64,000 nt of DNA from Yuukianura sp. NJ FZ-2021 (GCA_046563655.1 CM102289.1:7130001-7194000), one strand, 5' to 3'; positions 9,592-23,184 are shown, numbered from the stretch's first letter. The notes: generated by a model not told the origin, from the letters alone. Numbers and translations: made by a program.

Positions 9592-12500
9592 ATGAACTTT
9601 GCAATAGCGATAGCATTCCTCATTGTGCCTGTTGTGACAGGAGTTCTGATCGATGGAAAATCTAGAGAACGGTCGCTCGTTTTGGCTACGAAGCAGAAAG
9701 ATGTCGACCTGAATGACCTTGACCCCCAAACCTACCTAACACGGAACCGCAGAGCTGCTAGTGCTTTGGAGCTGATTGAATTCAAAGTAGATGTCAAGAT
9801 TAGGTATCGATACAGCAAGACCTACGTGACGTCACATGTCCGCAATTCTGATTCACGGGCACAGGAGGTCACCTTCCAAGTCATTTTGCCAGAAACTGCG
9901 TTCATTTCGAAATTTGTCATGTAAGTTATATTTTGAAATTTCTAAAAATTCAACTAAAGTATTTTAGTTTTAGTATTTCAAGTGTTTTACTGTTAGTTGA
10001 ATTTGAAATTCAAAATTTTGAATTTGTGTCAGGGAAATTGATCAGACACAGTATGAAGCCTATGTTGAAGAAAGGGAAGCGGCGAAAGCAGACTACGAAC
10101 GTGCAAAATCTCGAGGTCAAAGTGCAGGACTATTAGAGTTGAAGTACGTCATCAATTTTACACATAAAACAACGTTAATAACTTATGGAATTATAAATTT
10201 CAAATTATAAATTACAGTGCCCGACATGCCAATGTTTTCAATGTCAACGTTAGCATCAAAGCAGGTTCAATTGTTTGGTTCAACTTGACCTACGAGGAAC
10301 TGCTGTGTAGAAGATTCGGAAGATATGAGCAAGCCATTACACTAAACGGAGATGAGGTGATTGAATGATTCATTATTTACAATTTTATATCAGATTATTA
10401 TTTATACTTATTACTTATTATTTAGATTTCAAAGAACAATGACGTACAAGTGCGCTCGACCATTGAGGAGTCACAAGAATTGAAGCACGTCAGAGCTTAC
10501 AATTATCAAAATGAATTGGACACGAGGACGGACAGTGAAAATTCAAGTAAGAATTATACAGTAGCAGTTGTTGAGTTTTGAATAACGAAATAATTAAAAT
10601 TGAAATTGTAAAATTTTAGAAAAAGCTGACATAAACAAAGACGGCAAGAATCGTGCAACTATTATGTGGAAACCCAGTTCCAAAACGGACATTTTGAAAC
10701 GTTTTGTTATTCAGTATGATGTGAAACGCGAAGCCGATTCGGGAGAAGTCCTTGTATAAAAAACTTTTTTTAAACTAACTATACAAATGTTTTAAATTTT
10801 GTTTTTACTGACAGATTATGAACGGCTATTTCGTACACTTTTTTTCGCCGCCAAAATTGAAATCACTGCAAAAACATATTGTCTTTATACTCGACGTCTC
10901 TGGTTCTATGGAAGGGCGGAAAATTGAACAGATGAAAGAAGCCATGAAGGAAATCTTGAAAGATTTACGTGCAAAAGATTACATCAACCTTGTCATTTTC
11001 TCCGATACTGTCACGGTATATTAGTATATACACTTCAATGAAACCAAGGTTTTTATTTTCTAAATTCAATCTTTTTTTTTCTTTTCAAATTTTGTTTTTA
11101 GGTTTGGACTCCAGGCGACGTTTATACAGCTCATTATGGCTTTGGAGGTCGAGGTATACGAAATAAGACCGAACATCCCCGGTTTCAGCCGTTCCGAGCA
11201 AACTCCAAAAACATCCAAGACGCTAAAGGCTACATTGATAGCTTGAAGGCCAATGGTGGAACAAACATCAACGATGCGTTAGTCGAAGCACTGACATTGA
11301 TAGCCCGTTTTAAAAAAGCCAGAGACGACAATGAAACCGGAAGTGAAAAAAACAAAAGCGTTGCCTCTCCAGTTGAAATTTTAGAACAAAGAACAGAAAG
11401 CATGATTCTGTTTTTGACCGATGGAGAAGCAACATCCGGCGAAACAAATTTAGAAACGATTCAAAAAAATATTCAACTTGGCAACCTTGGTCTGTCTGTC
11501 CCTCTGTTTTCATTGGCATTTGGAACTGGAGCCGATTTTACTTTTCTACGCAAACTCTCTTTGCAAAACCATGCTTTCGCACGTAAAATTTACGAAGCTG
11601 CAGATGCTTCTCTACAACTCCAAGGTTTCTACGCTGAAATTTCGTCACCGCTACTTTCAAATGTCCAATTCAACTACACTTCCCCAGATTCACCTTACGC
11701 CGTTAGTGAAATCACGCGGACAACATTTCCATCATTTTATAAAGGGTGGGAATTGCCAGTGGCGGGAAAAATTGGTCCATCAGGAAACAATTTATTCAAG
11801 GGAAATTCAGACGAAGACATGTCAGATCCAAAACCCTCGTCGAAGATGGCCTTCACTGACCTACTGCCTTACCCACCAACAGATAGTTGTCACTTCTACA
11901 CCGATGTGAGTGGAATCGGCTATGATGGTCTCCACCACTGGCACAGACCAATGATTTACGTTCCCCACCGACCTTGGTGGTGCTACCCACCTCCTCCACC
12001 CACTCCAGTTACCACCACCCCCAAACCCCCTACTGACGAAGACACTTTTCTAGAACGTCTTTGGGCATACCTCACAATTCAAAATTTGATTGAAAATGAT
12101 TTGGCGGGAGTTACAGAGACAGGAGAGAGTCCAAAACAGAGGATACTGCGACTGGCTCTTAAGTACGGCTTCGTCACTTCGCAAACGTCACTAGTCGTTG
12201 TGAAGCCGGAATCTAAGAATGTTACAACTGTGGAATCAGCTGATGCTCGGCCAACAGCCTCACCTAAGGGCTGGGCTGCAGGAAAATCAGGTACGAAAGC
12301 ATCGAAATTCAGCGTAATTGCAGCGCGGAAAGTTTAAATTTTAAAGTTTGCCTTCAAAAGGTGTACGTCCAGTGGCGTTTAATCGCGGGTCGTCCAAATT
12401 GACGATTCAAAAATTCGCGTCGTTTGAAAGCGTGAACGATATGTATCAAACTGACGACGATGCTGGACCGCCAATGTTCAATAGGGGCAGGCTAGAAGAT

Positions 12501-13077
12501 ACTAATGATGACATTAACTCAAGACCACCGCCGCAACAAACAACAACGACAAACCCGAAACCACCGCCAACTAAATCGGTGTATACGCTTCAAGATTTGA
12601 AGTGGTTGATTGCTGACACGCTTACAATTGATGATACCGACGACGGAACCTCCAAAAACTACCGAGTCGCAAAATCCGAACAAGAGGTTAATGCAAGCTT
12701 TGAAAATTTTTTTATTTGCAGTGCAAGAAATGTCACAAACACTAAAAATTGACATTTCTCGTCAAATTTTCAGAGTAGCAACTCTACTGGTACTGGGTCC
12801 GAGTGTACGATTAAGAGCCCAGGCTCTAGAATCAACAGAGGGAAAGGAAAATGCGAACACTTGAAAGATTGCATTCACGATGACTTTGTTGATGATTTTG
12901 ACGTTTACCAGGACTCATACTTCTGTCCCATCCAGTCAACGTAAGAATTTTCTAAAATTCCGATTCTGTCTTTAATGGTGAATTTTGTGAATTCCTACAA
13001 TTTTTGAGTATTCATATTCATCCTTTTCCAGGGCATCTTCAGAAGTGTTCGCTGGAGCATGTTGTGAAACGGCCTAA
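9592..13077 (+). CDS. Inter-alpha-trypsin inhibitor heavy chain-like protein, copy A (signal peptide, VIT, vWA, C-terminal clip-like Cys domain); multi-exon
   Basis: VIT: IRYRYSKTYVTSHVRN..AQEVTFQVILPETAFISKFVM. vWA: GYFVHFFSP..KHIVFILDVSGSMEGRKIEQMKEAM, ANGGTNINDAL, FLTDGE. Also FLERLWAYLTI and YGFVTSQTSLVVVKP. Ends FAGACCETA*. Confidence 0.9.
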
Positions 13078-13444
13078 AATGTTAACAAAGAAATCGCAGT
13101 AAAGGGCATTTTGTTGTAAAACGGAATGCTAAACTTCGAAAACTAAATTTGTTTTTTTTTTGTCTTACGCCCTTAGCGAGATTTTCGGTAACATTAGACA
13201 ATGGCAGGTCTTAAATTTTGGCCTCGTAAGATTTTTTAATTTACTGACGTTTCCGAAATCATCAATTTAAATTAACCTTGTAACTCCCAGTACAAAAACA
13301 ATAAAAAGCAAATTATCAAATCACAGTAATTACCGAGCAGAAATACCTATTGTAAGGCATACTCAAAATTTGAGCCTGCTCAGTGTTCCGTTAGCAACTG
13401 AACTTCATTTCGCTCGATTCAGTTCCGAATCGTCGTTTTTTGCA

Positions 13445-16400
13445 ATGCACTTTGCAATAGCGATAGCACTCTTCGCTGTGCCTGTTGTGACAGGAGTTCT
13501 CATCGATGGAAAATCTAGAGAACGGTCGCTCGTTTTGGCGACAGATCAGAAAGATGTACTTGCTGACCTGAATGACCTTGACCCCCAAACCTACCTAACA
13601 CGGAACCGCAGAGCTGCTAGTGCTTTGGAGCTGATTGAATTCAAAGTGGATGTCAAAATTAGGTATCGATACAGCAAGACCTACGTCACCTCACATGTCC
13701 GCAATTCTGATTCACGGGCACAGGAGGTCACCTTCCAAGTCATTTTGCCTGAAACTGCGTTCATTTCGAAATTTGTGATGTAAGTTATATTTTGAAACTT
13801 CTCAAAATTATGAATTTTACTGTACGTTGAATTTGGAATTGAAAAGTTTGGATTTGTTGCCACAGGGAAATTGATCACATACAGTATGAAGCCTATGTTA
13901 AAGAAAAGGAAGAGGCGAAAGCAGACTACGATCGTGCAAAATCTCGCGGTCAAAGTGCAGGACTATTAGAGTTGAAGTACGTCAATATAACTTAAAAATA
14001 TTAATAACATATGCATTTATAAATTCCAAATTATAAATTGCAGTGCCCGACATGCTAATGTTTTCAATGTCAACGTCAACATCAAAGCAGGTTCAATTGT
14101 TTGGTTCAACTTGACGTACGAGGAATTGTTGTCTAGAAGATTCGGAAGATACGAGCAAGCCATTACACTGAACGGAGATGAAGTAATTGAGTTATTCTAT
14201 TTACAATTTTATATTTATTAATACTTTCTTTAACATATAAAAGCACAAGCGTCATTAACATTTAGATTTCAAAGAACAATGACGTAAGAGTGCGCGTGAG
14301 CATTGAGGAGTCACAAGAATTGAAACACGTCAGAGCTTACAATTATCAAAATGAATTGGAAACAACGGACAGTGAAGGCTCAAGTAAAGATAATAATAAC
14401 GAAATAATTAAAACTAAATTTTTAAATTTTAAATTTGTAAAATTTTAGAAAAAGTTGACATAGACAAAGACGGAAAGAATCGTGCAACTATTATGTGGAG
14501 GCCTAGTTCAAAAACGGATATTTTGAAACGTTTTGTTATTCAGTATGACGTGAAACGCGAAGTTGATTCGGGAGAAGTTCTTGTATGAAAAAGCGGCACA
14601 TTTTTTTTAACACGAAGTTGTAGTAATATTTTAATTTTGTTTGTATCGACAGATTATGAACGGCTACTTTGTCCACTTTTTTTCGCCGCCAAAATTGAAA
14701 CCACTCCAAAAACATGTCGTTTTTGTGCTAGACGTTTCTGGTTCTATGGGCGGGAAGAAAATTGTACAGTTGAAAGAAGCCATGAGAGAAATTTTGAAAG
14801 ACTTACATTCTAAAGACTACATCAACCTTGTCATTTTCTCCGATACTGTCACGGTAGGCTTTCTACGTAAACAAGTTTTTTATTTTCTTAAAACACCTTT
14901 TTTTTCTTTTCAAAATTTTAAATATAATTTTTAGGTTTGGAGTCCTGGGGACGTTTATACCCCTCGATACGACTTTAGTGGTCGAGGTGTGCGACCTGAG
15001 AGCGAACGTCCACCACTTCAGCCATTTCGCGCAAACTCCAAAACCATTCAAGACGCTAAAAGCTACATTGATAGCTTGACGGCCAATGGCGGAACAAACA
15101 TCAATGATGCGTTAGTCGAAGCACTGACATTGATAGCCCGTTTTAAAAAAGCCAGAGACGACAATGAAAAGGGAAGTGACAAAAACAAAGCCGTTGCCTC
15201 TGCCTCTCCAGTTGAAATTTTAGAACCAAGAACAGAAAGCATGATTCTGTTTTTGACCGATGGAGAACCAACTTCCGGTGAAACAAATTTAGAAAAGATT
15301 CAAAAAAATATTCAACTTGGCAACCTTGGTCTGTCTGTCCCTCTGTTTTCATTGGCATTTGGAACTGGAGCCGATTTTACTTTTCTACGCAAACTCTCTT
15401 TGCAAAACCATGCTTTCGCACGTAAAATTTACGAAGCTGCAGATGCTTCTCTACAACTCCAAGGTTTCTACGCTGAAATTTCGTCACCGCTACTTTCAAA
15501 TGTCCAATTCAACTACACTTCTCCAGATTCACCTTACGCCGTTAGTGAAATCACGCGGACAACATTTCCAACGTTTTATAAAGGGTGGGAATTACCAGTA
15601 GCGGGAAAAATTGAGCCATCAAGAAACAAATTTTCTCCGGGAAATTCAGACGAAACACCAGAGCCAACACTGTCTTCGAAGATAGCCCACACTACCCTAC
15701 TGCCTTACCCACCCACAGATCATTGTCACTTCTACACCGATGTGAGTGGAATCGGCCATGATGGTCTCCACCACTGGCACAGACCAATGATTTACGTGCC
15801 CCACCGACCTTGGTGGTGCTACCCACCTCCTCCACCCACTCCAGTTACCACCACCCCCAAACCACCAACTGACGAAGACACTTTTCTAGAACGTCTTTGG
15901 GCATACCTCACAATTCAAAATTTGATTGAAAAGGATTTGGCGGGAGTTACAGAGTCAGGAGAGAGTGCAAAACAGAGGGCACTGCGATTGGCTCTTCAGT
16001 ACAGCTTTGTCACTGCGCAAACCTCTCTAGTTGTTGTCAAACCGGAATCTAAGGATGTTGCAAATGCAGAATCTGTTGATGATCGACCCTCAACGCCAGC
16101 ATATTATGCCGCAGGCGGAGGTATGTAAAAACGTAAAATTCAGCGTTGTTGCAACGCGGTAAATTTAAATTTTAAAGGTTTGCGCTCAAAAGGTGCTCGT
16201 CCAATTGCTTTCCGTAAAGGTTCTTTGAAGCTGGTGAAAGTATCCGGGTCGCGTGGAAGCGGGAATACACCCAAGGAGGAATCCTTTGATACGGCCCAGA
16301 CTGGAGCGAATTACGAAGAAGAATCAGTAAAGACAAGTGGAGGAGGCAGTTATGAAGTTGCTCGTAAGTCTGTCCGCAAGAAGTCAAGACCGCCAAAGCA

Positions 16401-16978
16401 ACTGCAAACAACGACAAAACTGCAACCGCCGACACAGCAATCGACGACAAAACCAGAACCCCCGACAACAAAGTCGATGTATACCCTGCAAGATTTGAAG
16501 TGGTTGCTTGGTGACATGCTTACAATTGATGATATCAACGACGGAACATCCAAGGATTACCGTGTCGCAAAATCCGAAAAAGAGGTAACCTGCAAGCTTT
16601 ACGGAAAGTTTTTATGGTGAAACAAATGTTTCAAAAACTAAAAGTAGTGATTTCTGTTTTAATTAAATTTTCAGATTAGCAATTCTGCTGTAGGGTCGGA
16701 GTGTACTATTGGGAACAATGGATCTAAACTGAATAGAGTGACAGGAAAATGCCAACATTTGAAAAATTGCATCCACAATGACTTTGTTGATGATTTTGAC
16801 GTTTACCAGGACTCATACTTCTGTCCCATCAAATCCACGTAAGAACTGTGTAGAATTCCGATTCTGTCCTGAATGGCGAATTTTGTGAATTTCCACAAGT
16901 TTTGAGTTTTTATAATCAAACTTATTTTCCAGGGCATCGTCAGAGATGTTCGCTGGAGCATGCTGTGAAAAGGCCTAA
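13445..16978 (+). CDS. Inter-alpha-trypsin inhibitor heavy chain-like protein, copy B (tandem duplicate)
   Basis: Same exon structure and motifs as copy A (KHVVFVLDVSGSMGGKKI, FLTDGEPT, FLERLWAYLTI). Ends FAGACCEKA* (TAA 16976-16978). Confidence 0.9.
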
Positions 16979-17573
16979 CAGGTTAACTTGTAACATAAAT
17001 CCATAGTGACAAATCAAACTAAATTCAAATAAAACTGCTTACTTTTAAGCATTAATGCTGAGTGTTTAATTTTTAACATCTATGTTGAATGTGTCTTTAG
17101 TAGAGAATCTTTTCAGCCTTTCATATCCGAACTATTCATGCATCATGAAAGATTTCGTTGTTTGCTATTCATGACCCTCAAGTTGTGAAAGACAGACTCA
17201 ATTGAATACTGTACACAATATTGTTCTCATTGCTAAAAATAGTTTTTTCGTTTCCAAAATTAGTATGTACGGAAGTGATTGGTTTATGTATGCAGCATAC
17301 TTATATTACTACATTATACTTGTACCATGTACGCTGAATGAAGTATTGTGATAAGCCAACAACGATTTTTAAAAGATAAAAGAAATGAACTCATTTTGTC
17401 ATTATCACTCAAGCGTGTATAACGAAGAAAAACATAGTACATAAGGTTCTGCAGCACAAAGTAGAACTTTTTCAAACGAGTAAAACGAAGTAAGCTTCAA
17501 TTGTCTTTGTTTTAAGAAGTAAAGTAAGCACATTTGTTATCAATTTGATTTTCAAATCATTGTGACCTCGAAC

Positions 17574-18486
17574 ATGTCATCAATTTATTTCGCGTTTGTT
17601 CTTGTGCTGTTAATTTGCCTGAGTAGTTCAACCCCAATAAAAAGTTCGACCATTTTAAATGGTATGTACATAAAAATTTTTCCAAAAATTTAAATCTTGT
17701 CTATATAAAAACTTGAGTTTTTTTTAAAAAGAACATCGGATTAAACGCGGAGCTCCCGCAGCAGATTGGGAAAAGAGACGCTGGCCAAATGCAACAGTGT
17801 ATTATGAAATCGATGAGCAGTTAGGTATGACCGTACTTTAAAAAAACGAAACTCAATTCTTGTAATTTTCATTTTTGAAAGTTTTTTTTGTTTCTAGAGC
17901 CAATTCGTGAGCAACTTGTAACGGCAATGCAAAGAATCGAGAATATTTCTTGTGTTCGCTATGTTCCGCATACTACAGAACCTGATTACGTTTTCATTCA
18001 AAATCACACTGAATGTAAAGAACCCGTTGGAAGACAAGGTGGGCAACAAATAATCCAAATCAACATGACGGGATGTGGGAATTTTGGATTCTTTCTGCAC
18101 GCGTCAATGCAAGTTCTTGGATTCTATCATGAACATCAAAGATTTGATAGAGATGAATACGTTGACATCTTTGAAGAAAATATTGATCCAGGTAACTGGG
18201 TTAATCAAATTTTGAAACTAAAATATGTTCATGCCAATTTCATTTATTTTTTGGCTCAAAAATAGAGTGGTATGATTGGTCCTTCAGTAAATTGGACGAA
18301 AACAGTCACTACTACAACAGTTCATACGACATTCACAGTATCATGCACTACGGATCTTACCAGTTTTCAATTAATGGAAAACCAACAATTTTGGCAAAAG
18401 ATGGCACAATACTTTTACCTTGGACGGACAAAACAGAAATCACTGAGTTGGATAAACAGGCCATCAATGACTACTACGGATGCTAA
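17574..18486 (+). CDS. Astacin-family (M12A) metalloprotease homologue with a degenerate zinc motif; 4 exons
   Basis: Signal MSSIYFAFVLVLLICLSSS, a RIKR processing site, RRWPNATVYY, SCVRY, VGRQGGQQ, HASMQVLGFYHEHQRFDRDEYV, Met-turn YDIHSIMHYG, and ending YYGC*. Confidence 0.88.
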
Positions 18487-18629
18487 AAAAGGTTTAAATA
18501 AATTAAATATTAATATGATAAATCATTTTCAAGTCCTTTTTGCCATCTCTGGTGCGCTGTAATCCAAAAGAATTTTATTCAACAAATTGTTTGAATTTTG
18601 TCCAATTTTGTGAAAAGTCTGGACCCTCT

Positions 18630-19404
18630 TCAGCCTTTAACACATTGCTAGAAATTGAAAAAAATTTGACATTAAGAAACTAAAAAAAAACTACAACAAT
18701 AAATACATGCTATGTAAAATCAAAATACCCCGAGGAAAACTTCATGAACGCATTGACCAACCTAATAAAAAAAATCATTTAAAGTTTTGTAAATGCAAGT
18801 TTGGATCAAGAGATGTGCGTACCTCCATGAACGCGAGGCAATTGGGGTCATTAGGTTGGCGGACTTTAGTACCTAAAATTTTCACATATAAAATTGAAAA
18901 TTTCAGTTTAAAGCTATAAGCGTTTTTAAACTTAAATTGCTCACCGTGATCTTTCATGCACTTTTCAACTCCATCTACAAGTGGTTGTTTGACTGAATCC
19001 GGTTTCATAACGTCCATGATATACTTGTAGATTTTGTCATGGTCTAACCCTCCGTCGGCATTCAGTAAGTTCTTCTTTTCCAAAACACAAACCCCAAAAC
19101 ACGAAATTTGCTCCATTGGAATTTTATAAACCGATAAAATTTTGAGCTCTCGCAAACATTCTGTGATGACTCCTTTTTGGGCATCAGTCATGCTCAAATC
19201 TTGGCCCAAGCATTGGAGTTCCTCCTGTGCAGTTGTTTCCTAAAAAAATTTTTTAAACAAGTTAAAAATTTGGGGAATATTTCCAATTCCAAAGTTGAAA
19301 TTTACTAATTGTAAGCCTCTTTTGAAATTTACCTCCAATGTTAGAAGAAATAGGAAAGTAGCTACGCCAATCTGAAACCACATAGATTTGAAAACAGGCG
19401 CCAT
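18630..19404 (-). CDS. Odorant-binding protein-like, 5 exons
   Basis: Spliced: MAPVFKSMWFQIGVATFLFLLTLE|ETTAQEELQCLGQ..ITECLRE..ISCFGVCVLEKKNLLNADGGLD..EKCMKDHG|TKVRQPNDPNCLAFME|VGQCVHEVFLG|QCVKG*. It has the OBP C-x3-C and C-x8-C spacing. Confidence 0.8.
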
Positions 19405-19999
19405 TTTAAAATTACAAGTCCAACTTCCACTTTTACTAATTACTCAAAGCGTTTCGTCCAGAAACAATTGCTTTTATATGAAACTTCTGTCATAATATAA
19501 AAATTGTACACGTTTCAAATTACTTTTTGTTTTTCAAATTAGGTAACCTATTCAAAAATATTGAAGCACTGACAAAAAACAACTTAGCATAAAAATCATA
19601 ATAATTAAACTTCATAGTATAAGTAAACCTTGTGTTTTGTCATTATTTTGATGGCTATGACGCTGTCATACAGCTAAAAAAAATACAGAAAGTTTTTGAA
19701 TTTGTCAAAAAAAATGCAGCAAAAGGAAAATTCCACAAATAAATTCTGGTTTGCGTGATACTTTTTGTGCTAAATAATTGAGTAATAATTTTGTGTTTGT
19801 TCTTCAAAATATCTATATAAACAGAAATAAATTTTTAGTTTAAATTGGATGAAAAAAGTCAATTGTGAATTGTCAACACTTTTAATTCAGCATGGTGTGA
19901 TCTTGACACAAAATTTACACCGGAAGTTCATTAACTTTGACATGTAATATTTTTCTGGAAAGTTGTGTAAGAACTGTCGATCTGCAAGGTACAACCAGG

Positions 20000-20980
20000 C
20001 TATGCTGTGCAGATCTAAAATAGAATTGACATAGCATTAATTTTCAGTTAAATTTTGAATGAAGATATATGAAATGTACCTCAAGGAAGGCGTCATGAAC
20101 ACACAGTCCAGTATTCATGAATGTTTGACAATTTGGATCATTGTCAGTTACTTGAGCTCCTGTGTGGATGATATAACATTATTTCCAAACTAACATCTGA
20201 ATCTAAAGTTCATGAATCTACAATACATTATAAATATGTACACAAGGTTTTACTGTAGAACGGTAGTAAATCAAGTTCATAGATAAGACTGTGTAGTTTG
20301 CAAAAAATATTGAAGCTATCGCAAAAAAATGATGAAACTGTTCATATTATACAGATACAGTACGGACATTTTCTGACCTTGACTTATTTGAGAAAAAGTA
20401 AGAACCTAAGTAGCTAAAGTATTCGCTGCTTGATTATGTTATGTACTTACCATGGGTTTTAATGCATTTATCTGCTGCATCAATAAGTAGCTTTTTAGTT
20501 TCTGCGTCTTGCATATGGTCATCAATGTATTTGAAAGCCTTCTCGTGATTAATTTTTCCATCTGGAGTTAACTTTTAAACAAAAAGGAATGTAAAAAATA
20601 CGAACTAAATTCAAATAATCACTAGACCTTAACATGAGAAACTTTTTTTTACCATGTCTTTCTTCTTCAAAATGCAAACTCCAAAGCAAGCAACTTTTTC
20701 CATAGGAATTTTCCAGATGGAGTTGATCTTATTTTCACTGAGACAGTCCATGATTTTTGCTTTCTCCTGCTCCAGCAACTTCACTTCTTGGCCACGACAG
20801 CTTGTCTCTTCTTGCCCCCATGCCAGCCCCTGAAAAAAAAAAGTTTCGAAATTTTGGAAAATAAATGGAAAAGTGTTTTGAAGTTTGGCAACTTTAAAAA
20901 CTCGGTTATGAACTAGAAGTCCAAGTATAATGTCTTACAGTCACAGTACAAAGTAAAACAACGAATGTGAGTAACATCAT
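20000..20980 (-). CDS. Odorant-binding protein-like paralog, 5 exons (absent from the ORF track)
   Basis: Spliced: MMLLTFVVLLCTVT|GLAWGQEETSCRGQ..IMDCLSE..KIPMEKVACFGVCILKKKDM|LTPDGKINHEKAF..DKCIKTHG|AQVTDNDPNCQTFMNTGLCVHDAFLE|ICTA*. All introns are GT-AG. Confidence 0.8.
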
Positions 20981-21572
20981 CTTTTCGACCGCCAAACTGC
21001 TCCTTCTAGGTTTCAAAAAGTAGAAATGCGACAGAAAAATGAATGTGGATCTAAAATTTATATCCAGTGAATCTTTGCAGTAACAATTAAAAATTTTTAT
21101 AGCTTCCGTTCCAATTTCGAAAATTGGGCGGAAGTAAGCTGGTAATTACAAAAATCTTTTGAATTTTGAAAAAGTTCAGTGACTTACATTAAATTACCAC
21201 CCAAGTTACAATTCTTTTAATTAAAATAATTAAATCTACTCATTAACCAGGTAAGCTTTTGAGTCCTCATGAGCATAACTGGTATAAAACTGAACTGCAT
21301 ATAGAGCTTTCGGTCACGCCATTTGAAATTTATTGAACATAAGTTAGTACTAACTGACCAAGTAATAAGAAATATACAAATACCACAAAACTAATCCCTA
21401 GCTTGATATATAGTACATCAATAGCAGTATTTACGAACTACATTTCTCGACTTCTTTGGTAGTACATAGAACGAGATATTGATTGCTTATTGCCTTTAGA
21501 GCTAACGTAAACCGAATACTCTAATGTTGAATTATGTGTACTTAGGTAGAAAGTTTTGTATGAAGTAGTTCG

Positions 21573-22330
21573 TTAGAATCGTGGACACTGAACACCTTCG
21601 ATGATCAGCCCAGTGCTGCAACGCAAAATGACTTTGGCTTTACCAAGTGTTGGATAGGGTGATACAAAATGGTTAGAATTGTAGGACGAACTAAAATGTA
21701 AACAAAGAAATTGATTTGAATTAGTGTGATTTTCAGTGGGAAAACGATATGTTTGAACTACTCCACAAACAACTACTATAAATAACTCTTGTAAAGTTCA
21801 ACTTACAAGTTCTTTTCCTCTTCTTCTTCGTTTGGCTGGACATGGTTAGCAAGTGAATATGTGTTTAGAATTATTGGAGACAATTCTTCGTAGAATCCAG
21901 AGTCACCAGGTACAATATCCTCATCGTTTTGTTGGTAGAGCTGGGAAACGTCCAGCTCGATAGGATCGTATTCATATTTAGATGCCTCCGGAATTTGGCC
22001 ATTGGTATTGGCTGTGACTGCTTGTTTGTAGTCCAACGTAGGAGCTGGTGTAGAGCTGGAAATATTGTTCCGCCTTGGTCTTTTGGTAACAGGAGTTTGA
22101 CTGTAGCGCAACGGCGGTTTACGACCTCGACTTGAACGATCCGGTATAATAGCAGCCTCAGTCATGTCTTGCAGTAGTTTCTTACCGCTTCGACGTGTTC
22201 GTCTTTTCGGATTTGCGTCTGGGTCAGTTCGGTGGCTAGAATATAATAGAAACAGAAAGTAGTATAAGTGAGACACTAAATACAGAACTACTTGAATTGA
22301 TTGATATTGATTAATAGCTTACCCATCCAT
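21573..22330 (-). CDS. Putative 3-exon orphan gene encoding a basic, low-complexity protein
   Basis: ATG GAT GG|gtaagc splices in frame to HRTDPDANPKRRTRRSGKK..RSSRGRKPPLRYSQTPVTKRPRR..EEEEEKN|gtaagt, then to SSYNSNHFVSPYPTLGKAKVILRC..CPRF*. No recognisable domain. Confidence 0.45.
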
Positions 22331-23184
22331 AATGTTAAGCTACACAAGTATCTGGTTCGCTTACACAGCAGTTCATAAGCAACTGATGAGATATAACTGT
22401 GAAAAAAGTAATCGATTATAATCAAGAGCACGAGCAGAGGTGGCTGAACTTGCTAGGGAAGAGTGCAAATGAATTTATCCTTCCTCGGTTTAGGTAAGGG
22501 CAGAGTATGCCAGTTGTAACCACTATTCTACCACCAACGACATCATGTTTGTTTGTAAACACCTAGTAGTTACTTATTATTAGATATATACCCTAACCAT
22601 AGGCATCCGCTGTATAATAACGAAACGACGCAGTGTAACTACCGGGTGGTTACAAATATAGCGATGGTGGTTACACTGACTGGTTTCAACGAATGTAACT
22701 TTTCCTTGCAACAAGTTGTTCTTATCCGCTTGTACACAGTAGTGTAACATAACACAGTTGTTTGTTAGTAACACAGTGTGTGTGTGATACAAAAACGGGC
22801 ATTGCATAAAAAAAAAAAGATGTAAAGCGGCAACATCGCAAGGAGATGACAAACCAGGTCATTCAAATAGTATTTACAAATAGTTCATTTGAACATGATT
22901 TATAAAGTAGGCGTTAAAAAACTTTAATAACTTCAATACCTCGTCAAATATATTATCATATACAAATATGTAGATGTCAAATATGTGCATTATTCCTTGT
23001 TTTGATTTTTTTCTAACTTATATTTAGACTTCGACATTTTAAATTTCCAGGTATATCTATATAGGGTAGGGTTTACTAAAAGCCTCGCACAAAATTGGAT
23101 ACGAGAGTTAGAAAATAATCGCGTAAAAATAACGTTGAAATACTACACGGGATTAAGATGTTAGTCACCAAAGGGGACCAAGGG

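Noticed and set aside
12291..12360. Apparent 1-nt frameshift at the splice acceptor of ITIH copy A relative to copy B
   Set aside because: The downstream acceptor tttgccttcaaaag|GT at 12360 restores the frame, so no pseudogene call is needed.
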